Source of the DNA: Heterodontus francisci
Taxonomy: Eukaryota
Length of the DNA: 64,000 nt
Assembly (NCBI RefSeq): GCF_036365525.1
Contig: NC_090384.1
Coordinates: forward strand, 55,177,895 to 55,241,894
Direction of reading: 5' to 3'
The translations under genes and the position numbers were made by a program. Positions 55,890-64,000 of this stretch are shown one piece after another. Numbering within the stretch: position 1 is the first letter of the stretch; each line of letters opens with the position of its first letter. Below the pieces are notes generated by a model. It searched no databases. It was not told where the DNA came from and saw nothing but the letters and a program-made list of their open reading frames with translations.

Positions 55890-56216
55890 CTTTCACAGTC
55901 ACTGAAGCATTCACAGAGAATGGCTCTGAAAAAGTCCTGTGCGTGACACGGCATTCAAAAGTGCTGCCCATGTCTTCTATATGAGGTTCCAATCTAACTT
56001 CAGTGGTTACATTACATGTTCCATCAGGGTTTTTGACTGGCGGAGCAATGCAAATGTCAGTTAACAACTTTGTTTCTCTTCGTGATGGAGTTGACTGAAA
56101 CCATTCAGCATTGCTCTCGCAAGGATAATATCTGCTTAACTGACAACCCAAGACCATCTCTCCACCAGTGCCAACTTCCACAATTTTTTCCGAAAGCACA
56201 GTTACAGTGGGACGTG
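55890..56216 (-). CDS. NCR3LG1: B7-H6-like extracellular C1-set domain exon (327 nt, phase 1-1)
   Basis: Acceptor ttttggcag|CA CGT CCC, donor AAA G|gtcagt. CQLSRYYP..W..PPVKNPDGTCNVT..EDMGSTFECRVTH resembles B7-H6 C1 (CESSGFYP..PTIKNMDGTFNVT..EDPGTVYQCVVRH, recalled). Confidence 0.88.
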
Positions 56217-56363
56217 CTGCCAAAATAAACAGGTAGGTTAACATTAATAACAGTGGCTATTCGTCAAACGTAATGCATTGGATTGGATCTGTGCATATTA
56301 AAAGAAATTAGTGAATGGCTGAAGCACTATTAGATATACATAAAAATATTAGTAAAAGGCAAT

Positions 56364-57179
56364 TGTTACAACCGAGTGAGAAAGGTGTCCAGGGGTCCCT
56401 TTCAGCTTTCACCTGGTCTTACTGTAACAGGATTTAATTTTAAACATACTGCGTTTTGAGCTCCCTCTTGGTGAAGCCTTGTTCACCACTTTCCAATTAT
56501 AAGGCGAAGAAATGAGCACAAACAGGCTTTCTTAGGTTTAAAGAAGAAAGGTGAAATTTATTATAACTGAAACTACAAACTCTAATTCGGTTAATGCCTA
56601 CGGATACACGACGTGCCCCACGCTAGCATGCATACGCAATACGCACATGCAAATAGAGACAGAAAAGAGAAGAGAAATAAAGTGGAAAGGTTTGAGGCAA
56701 TCTGTGAGGAGGGTTTTTTGTTACTGTGCTTCAAGCTCGCTGTAGTCCTTGATTGAAGATATGGTCTTATTCTTCTTAAACCTTGTTCACTGTAGGAGAC
56801 TTTTCTCTCTTGGGGTTCACGTGTCTTCAATGGGTCTTGGAGGTCCATGAGAAAGAGATGGGAGCAGACAGGGGAGAGATGTCATCAATCCAGGAACTTT
56901 CTGTTCAAATTCTCTGTGGCAAGTTCAAAAAAACCTGCAACAGCCAGTTGGTCATGTGACTAAACTGGTCTGACTATGTCTTGTGTGTGTGGGGAGCAGG
57001 GACTGGTTCCTTTGTTCCAACACCGTCTGTTAGTATGCAAAAATGTCCTTCCAGCCAGGGGCTTGGCAACCCCTTTTAATAGCCCTTCTCTTCTTCCTAG
57101 CAACAATTTGAAATTTCATGTCAATGTGGCGAAATTAATGTTCCTCATTCTTGGCAGGCGAGGGAGGGCCTGCATGACA
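56364..57179. mobile_element. Solo LTR family A in the V-C1 intron
   Basis: TGTTACA...CATGACA; high similarity to 401-1239. Confidence 0.72.
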
Positions 57180-58611
57180 ATAGTACAGCTATGACAATGG
57201 AGGACAGCTAGGGTAATTCCTATATTTAAAAAGGGATCTGAACAGGTCTAAGGGGACTTACAGAACAGGTAGCTTAACATCGTGGTAAGGAAATCATGGA
57301 ATCTTTAACAAAAGATTTAACAGAAAAACATCTAGAAACTGAAAATATAATTAACAGCACATATTTCAATAGAGAAGGTCATGATTGATCCAACTTACTG
57401 AATTCTTTGAAGCAACAGAAAGAGTACACGAGGGTAATGTAGTAACTGAAATATATTTGAATTATCAACAGATCTCCGATAAGGTACCGAATCGTAGATT
57501 CATCACTAAAGTCAGAACATGTGGAATCAGGAGACAGGTTGCAGTGTGGAGGGGGTTAAGGGCAGCTAATCAGCCTGGCAAAAGGTGGATTGGTGTTCCT
57601 CAGGGATTGGTGCTGGGAGCACTGTTGTTCATCCCATTAAAAAAAAATCAGAAACACAATTTCAAAATTTGCAGGCAACACCAAATTGGGGGCTGTAGTT
57701 AAACGCAAAGGAAGAATGTGACAAAAATACAAGACATTAGTAAACAAGACATTAATGAGCATGCAATTGGCAAATAAATTTCAATAAGACAAGTATGAGG
57801 TGGTGCATTTTGGTAGGAAGAATAAGGCAGTCACATGCACGTTGGATAATGAATCATAATGGCTTAGAGGAGAAATGGATCTAGGGGGTGCAGATATTCT
57901 AATCACTGAAAGCAACGACGCAATAAATGCTGGCATAGGCCAGTTGGGCTGAAAGGCCAGTTTGTGCTGTGCACTCAATGTAACTCAATGGACAAGACAT
58001 CCTGAGAAAGTAAAAAGTGCTATATAAATGCAAGCTTTCTTTGATACAGTGTAACATTTAAAGAGAAGCATGACAGCTAACGTGAAGGACGATTTTAATC
58101 TATTTCAGTTCCACGTGAAAAACATTTAAATGGCTTTTACACATAATTGGTCATATTTAATGGTAGTTAAGTGTAATGTAACATGTTTATCCATGGACAA
58201 CAACGTACTTACTTGTGGCAAGAGCCACTTTTTCAATCAAGCATACACTTGTGTTTTATTTCTCTCTGTAAATGCTGCGTTACACAGCTGATACTTTTAA
58301 TTAGGTTAACTTTTACATCTCTGTTCTTGATTCAACTAATTAATAATATACAATAGTTTAAAAATTACAATTTGATACCAATATGTATTAGCTTGCATTT
58401 GTCACCGTTTTTTATATATATATATATAAAAAAAAGGAAGATGACTAGGGATACATCAGGCTATGATGTGAAGTTTATATTGATACAATTTTGTTCTGTT
58501 AGCTATAGTTCATTGCATATGCTGTACCCAAGGATTTTGAACTGTAAAAAAAAATGGAAGTTCCTTCATTGGTACAAATACATTGTGCAAAAACTTGATT
58601 ACTTAATCAAA

Positions 58612-58868
58612 TGATTTATTTTTTAATAAAAACAAGAAATGCTGGAACTACTCAGCAGGTCTGGCAGCATCTGTGGAAAGAGAAGCAGAGTTAACATTTC
58701 GGGTCAGTGACCCTTCTTTGGAACATTTCCGAAGAAGGGTCAATGACCCGAAACGTTAACTCTGCTTCTCTTTCCACAGATGCTGCCAGACCTGCCGAGT
58801 GGTTCCAGCATTTGTTTTTATTTCAGATTTCCAGCATCCGCAGTATTTTGCTTTGATTTATTTTTAAT
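58612..58868. repeat. Penelope-type inverted terminal repeat (about 100-bp hairpin arms) with about 15-bp direct flanks
   Basis: aaaaacaagaaatgctggaac..gacccttctt / aagaagggtc..ccagcatttgtttt; tgatttattttt(t)aat on both sides. Confidence 0.75.
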
Positions 58869-59464
58869 GTTTCTTTCATCCCACTATTAGAATTTGGACA
58901 ATATCAAGCAGAGAGTAGTGCGAATATTGGACAGGATTTATTGTTATTACTATTTTTTTTTTTATCGGATCAGCTGTAGTGTGCCAGAAGGATCAGATGA
59001 TCACGGTGTGCAAATGAAGGTAAAAGACCGTTACAACCTCCTTCTACTTCTGATAGGATGAAAGCTGCAAGAATGTTTTACAAACTTTAATTTTAATGCT
59101 ACAGCACCTAATGGTCAGCTTCAACCAAGTACCTTATTCCCACTAACACAAGCACCTTACTGAATCAGCTAACTTTGATCAGTCCTATTGATAAATCAAC
59201 TGAATGAGGTTTTACTATACATTACACAAATAAACTGTTTCAAGATCTGAATGAGGATTGATAGTACAGGTGGCAACTTCTACACATGTACTACTGGATC
59301 ATTATTAAAAGTACACTAATCAGGTCAGAAAGCATTAGACACTAAGTGCAAACCATTTTTTTAAACAATCAGCTCTGAGGAAAGGACATCAACCTGAAAC
59401 TTTTACTCTATTTCTCTCACCACAGATTCTGCCTGACCTGCTGAGTGTTTCCAGCATTTTCCAT

Positions 59465-60350
59465 TGTTACGATCAGGTGAGAAAGGGTTCCCTCTCAGTC
59501 TTCACCTGGTCTTACCGTAATAGGGTTTAATATTAAACACACCTTTTCTTTTTAGCTCCCCCTTAGTGAATCCTTGTTCACTAACCTCCAAAGTAAAGAA
59601 ACTAGCTAAACAGGTTTTCTTAGGTTTAAAGAGAAATGGTTGAACTTTATTAAACTTAAACTATGATTTGGTTAATACCTACGGATATGCGACGTGCCCA
59701 CGTTAGCATGCATATGTGATACACACATGCAGATAGAGACAGAAAAGAGAAGAAATAAAGTGGAAAAGTTTGAGGCAATATCTGAAGATGGTTTTGGTTA
59801 CTGTTCTTCGAGCTTGCTGTAAAGTCCTTGATTGTAGGTAGATCTTGCTTTTCGTTGGGGCCCAGTATTCTTCTTAAACCTTGTTCGATGCAGGAGACTT
59901 TTCTCTCTTGAAGTTCGTGTGTCCTCAATAGGTTCAGAGGCTTGTGAGAAACAGATGGGAACAGATAGGAGAGGTCTTCTCACTCCAGGTGCAAACAGTC
60001 TTTCTGAGTTCAAAAACTCTGGCTAGCTCAAAAAACCCTGGACCAGTTAATCATGTGACCATCTGGTTTAACCAGTTCTGGCTTTTGTGGATTGTATTAC
60101 CTTAGCAGTCTTCGGAATGCTCTTCCTTACAGCTTCAATGTCTGGTGAGCAAAATCCACTGTGGGTTGAATGTGTCAGGAAATGGTCCTTTGTCTCCACA
60201 AGCACTGTGTTAGTATGCAAATGTTTTTCAGCTAAATGTCTGGCAGCCCTTGTAACAGGCCTTCTCTTCTTCCCAGCAACAGTTTAAAATCAATGTTCAT
60301 GACAAAATTAATATGCCTCATTCTTGGAAGGTGGGGGGGCCTGCATGACA
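59465..60350. mobile_element. Solo LTR family A inserted into a Penelope-type repeat fragment
   Basis: TGTTACG...CATGACA; the host repeat (ccagcattttc...tatttcagatttctagcatctgcag) resumes after it. Confidence 0.72.
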
Positions 60351-60390
60351 ATTTCTATTTCAGATTTCTAGCATCTGCAGTATATTGATT

Positions 60391-60749
60391 AGATTTAGAT
60401 TAAGATTAGATTAGAGATACAGCACTGAAACAGGCCCTTCGGCCCACCGAGTCTGTGCCGAACATCAACCACCCATTTATACTAATCCTACACTAATCCC
60501 ATATTCCTGCCAAACATCCCCACCTGTCCCGATATTTCCCTACCACCTACCTATACTAGTGACAATTTATAATGGCCAATTTACCTATCAACCTGCAAGT
60601 CTTTTGGCTTGTGGGAGGAAACCGGAGCACCCGGAGAAAACCCACGCAGACACAGGGAGAACTTGCAAACTCCACACAGGCAGTACCCGGAATCGAACCC
60701 GGGTCCCTGGAGCTGTGAGGCTGCGGTGCTAACCACTGCGCCACTGTGC
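60391..60749 (-). mobile_element. V-SINE (HE1-like)
   Basis: Near-identical to 32151-32510; (CTAAT)n tail. Confidence 0.88.
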
Positions 60750-60900
60750 TTTTATATTTAAGGGCAGTTCCTTTGCAAGATTATGTTTCTAAAAGCTATT
60801 TTCATAGAAAGACAAACTGTTTTAATATATGAATGCTGATGGCATTGTGTTACACTGCAAAGTATAATAATTTACAGTAACTGTACATAAATCAACTTAC

Positions 60901-61245
60901 CTAAAACCTCAAGCTTTATCGTCTTAGATGCCTTATCATTTGGTGGAATAAAAACTTCACATTGATAATGTCCACTGTGTTTAATTGTGACACTTTTTAG
61001 CAACAGTGACATGTTTCCATTCAGAATGGAGCTTTCTGACAGCTCAGCTTCTTTCCATGGTTTAGATATTACTCCATTAGTGTAGATAAAGACTTTTTTT
61101 TCAGTGCCAAAAGACCATAAAACGCCCAAGTTCCCTGCGTCCAGTGTAGACCCAGCAAGTTCAGCAATTTCGCACTGCAAAAGTCCATTTCCATTAAACA
61201 TTACTTCCACAGGACTTTGACTCACATTCAACTCCAACTTGCCTT
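60901..61245 (-). CDS. NCR3LG1: B7-H6/NCR3LG1-like gene, V-set Ig domain exon (345 nt, phase 1-1)
   Basis: Acceptor ctgcag|AA GGC AAG TTG, donor TTA G|gtaagt. V-set Cys/Trp/YxC; LGVLW..EKKVF and SGHYQCEVFIPPNDKASKTIKLEVL resemble human B7-H6 (MGITW..[29 protein letters not shown], recalled). Convergent with KCNJ11 as in human. Confidence 0.85.
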
Positions 61246-61439
61246 CTGCAGGTTTAATAAGAACAAAAATATTTTGTTAGTATCCAAACAAGACTGTGCC
61301 TATATTTGCCTCAGCTTACACGGAATGCACAGCATAAAAAGACCATTTGGCTCAACTGCTTTACATCAGCCTCCTCCCACCTTTCTTCAACTAACCCCAT
61401 CAGCATAACTTTCTATTCCTTTCTCCCTCATGTGCTTAT

Positions 61440-61970
61440 CTAACTATTCCAATGCTCTCCTGGTCAGCCTTCCACCTTGCTCCCTCCATAAACTTCAACT
61501 CATCAAAAACTCTGCTGCCCAAATCCGAACTCATATGCCCTTTAACTAACTTCACCCCAGTGCTTGCTGACCGACACTGGTCCAACACCACCTCAATTTT
61601 AAAATTCTTATCCTTTACAAATTCCTCCAAAACTTTGTTACCTTCCTATTTCTGTAACCTTCTCCAGCCCTAACACCCTCCAAGATCACTGATTCCTCCA
61701 GTTTTGGCCTCTTGCTCATCCCCGATTTTAATCACTCCACCATAAGAAGCCGTTCCTTCATCTGGCTCAGCTTTAAGCTCTGGAATTCCTTCCATAAACC
61801 TCTCCACCTCTCCCTCCTCCTCTAAGACAGTCATTAAAATTTGAATCTTTGACCAACATTTTGGTCAACTGTCCTAATACCCCTATTATGGCCAAGGTAT
61901 TTGTGAGTGCCTTGGGAGATGAGACTACATTAAAGGCACTAAATAAATACAAGCTCTTACTATTCCCTAT
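61440..61970 (+). mobile_element. L2 LINE 3' fragment
   Basis: KLQLIKNSAA..TPVLADRHW-type C-terminal L2 RT remnants and an L2 tail. Confidence 0.6.
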
Positions 61971-63394
61971 TAACTAACTTACACCAACTTACTGCACTGG
62001 AGGGGGGGAGACGGGGGGGGGCGGAGACCGGGGGGGGCAGGGGGAGAGAGGTGGGCGTGCTGGCGGAAGAACGGTGGGGGAGAGGGAGAGCGGTGGCGAC
62101 AAGGGAAAGAGAGGGGGGAACTGGAATTTCAGCGAACTGGAGCTAGAGAGAGAGAGAGGATATCACTGCTTCAGTTTGAGATGGAGCATTTCTGGCAACA
62201 CACGTTTGGAAAGATATCAAGGCCTTGGACAGGGTACAGGGAAAACTGATTGGGATCATGTCTGGGATCAGCTATTTCAGTTATGGAGAGACTGCAGAAA
62301 TGGGGTTCTACTCCTTGGAACGGAGATTTGATAATTGCTATATATTATGAAGTGTTTTGATAGAGTAAACTGTTCCCAGTGGCAGATAGGTTGGTCTCCA
62401 GACAACACAGATTTCCAGTAACTGACAAAACAACAAAAGTGACATGAGAAAACAGGTACAGTAACAGTCGTTATATTACTGGTCTACTGATCTGGAGACA
62501 CAAGTTCAAATCCCACCACAGCAGCTGAGGAATTTAAATTCAGTTAATTAAATAGGATAATAGAATGGTGACAGCACAGGAAGCGGCCATTTGGCCCATC
62601 ACGTCTGTGCCAACTCTCTTTGAGAACTCACCTAGTCCCGCCCCCCTGCAAACTTTTTCTCTTCAGATAATTATCCAGTTTTCTTTTTAAGGCCTCGATT
62701 GAATCTACCTCTACTACACTCACAGGCAGTGCATTCCAGATCCCAACCACTCACTGCTTAACAAAGCTGTTGCTTCTTTCGCTGGAATTAAATCAGGAAT
62801 TAAAGGCTAGAATTCGTAATAGTGAGCACGGAACCACCCAAATAGTTGTAAAAACCCATCTGATTCACTAATGCCATTTACAGAAGGAAATCTGCTTACC
62901 TTACCTAATCCGGCTCATTTGTGACTCCAAATCCACAGCAATGGTATTGACTCTTAACTGCCCTCTGAGATGGCCGAGCAAGTCAACTCAGTTGCTACAA
63001 AATAGTCTCATAAGAATACAACCACACGGACCACCTGGTTATCAACTGAGTGCAGACCATCTACAAGATGCACTACAGCAACTCACCAAGGCTCCTTAGA
63101 CAGCATCTTCCAAACCTGCAACCTCTACCAACTTGAAGAACAAAGGCAGCAGGTGCAAGGGAACCCGACCACCTGCAAGTTCCCCAACAAGTCACACACA
63201 CACCATCCTGATTTGGAACTATATTTCCGTTCCTTCACCATCGCTGGATCAAAATCCTGGAACTCCCTCCCTAATGGCACTGTGAGTATACTTACTTGCA
63301 GCATTTAAAGGCGGCAGCTTACCACCACCTTCTCAAGAACAATTACAGTTGGACGATAAATGCTGGCCTTGCCAGTGATACTCACATCCCATGA

Positions 63395-64000
63395 CAACTT
63401 AGATTTATATGGCACCTTTAATGTAATAAACATCTCAAGATGCCTTACAGGAGCGTTATAAAACCAAGTATGACACCAAGCCACAAAAAGACATATTAGA
63501 TCAGATGACCAAAAGCTTTGTCAAAGAGGTAGGTTTTATGGACTGTTCTAAAGGAGGAATGTGAGGTGGAGAGGTGTAGGGAGGGAATTCCAGATCTTAG
63601 GGCCTAGGCAACTGAAGGCGCACCCACCAATGGTACAGCGATTAAAATCAGGGATGTCAAGAGGCCAAGGTTAAAGGAGCGCATCTACGTTACAGGGTTG
63701 TGGGGCTGGAGATTACATAGATAGGCCTGGCCATAGGGAGATTTGGAAATAAGGATGAGAATTTTAAAATCAAGGCATTGCTTGACAGGGAATCAATGTA
63801 GATCAGCAAGCACAGGGGGGAATAGAGGAACAGGACTTGGTGCGAGTTAAGACACAGGCAGCAGAGTTTTGGATAATCTCAAGTCTACAGACAGTAGAAT
63901 GTGAGACAGCAGCCAGGAGTGCATTGGAATAGCCAAGTCTAGAGGTGACAAAGGCATGAATGAGGGTTTCAGCATCAGATGAGCTGGGACAGGAATGAAG
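63395..64000 (-). mobile_element. L2 LINE 3' fragment (runs off the window)
   Basis: Reverse L2 tail and homology to 9500-10400. Confidence 0.6.

Noticed and set aside
58213-58265. Exon-like segment with a gtaagt donor in the V-C1 intron
   Set aside because: Stop codons in all three frames.
56364-60350. Full-length LTR retrotransposon bounded by the two intronic LTRs
   Set aside because: There is no gag/pol between them (only CR1 and Penelope debris), the outer flanks share no TSD, and the second LTR interrupts a separate repeat, so these are independent solo insertions.
23692-61245. IgW/IgNAR/TCR-type rearranging locus (V plus many C1 exons in a shark)
   Set aside because: The V exon is complete through the G strand and ends at a splice donor. 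I saw no RSS, D or J segments, the TM lies after the first C1, and sequence and synteny fit B7-H6.

Overview
Vertebrate genomic DNA, almost certainly from a cartilaginous fish (shark), judged from the repeat content: HE1/V-SINEs, Deu-domain SINEs, CR1/L2 LINEs and Penelope-type palindromes. Two convergent protein-coding genes are present. (1) An intronless, CpG-island KCNJ11 (Kir6.2 K-ATP channel pore) on + at 3764-4963. (2) A minus-strand IgSF gene spanning at least 61245 to 23692, which matches NCR3LG1/B7-H6 by V+C1 sequence and by tail-to-tail synteny with KCNJ11. I reconstructed nine coding exons by hand, all joined by phase-1 GT-AG introns: V - C1 - transmembrane exon (54062-54178, missed by the ORF track) - six further C1-type Ig domains - stop, about 944 aa plus a leader exon that I did not find in the window. 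The main finding is this architecture. If the protein is type I, a six-domain C1-set Ig array lies in the cytoplasm, and two of those domains have lost canonical cysteines. A symmetric TM exon, a candidate alternative Tyr-rich tail exon and inverted intronic SINEs suggest membrane, short-tail and secreted isoforms. The rest is introns and intergenic DNA filled with nested retroelements, solo LTRs and a hAT-type MITE. All annotation was done by eye; repeat boundaries are approximate.
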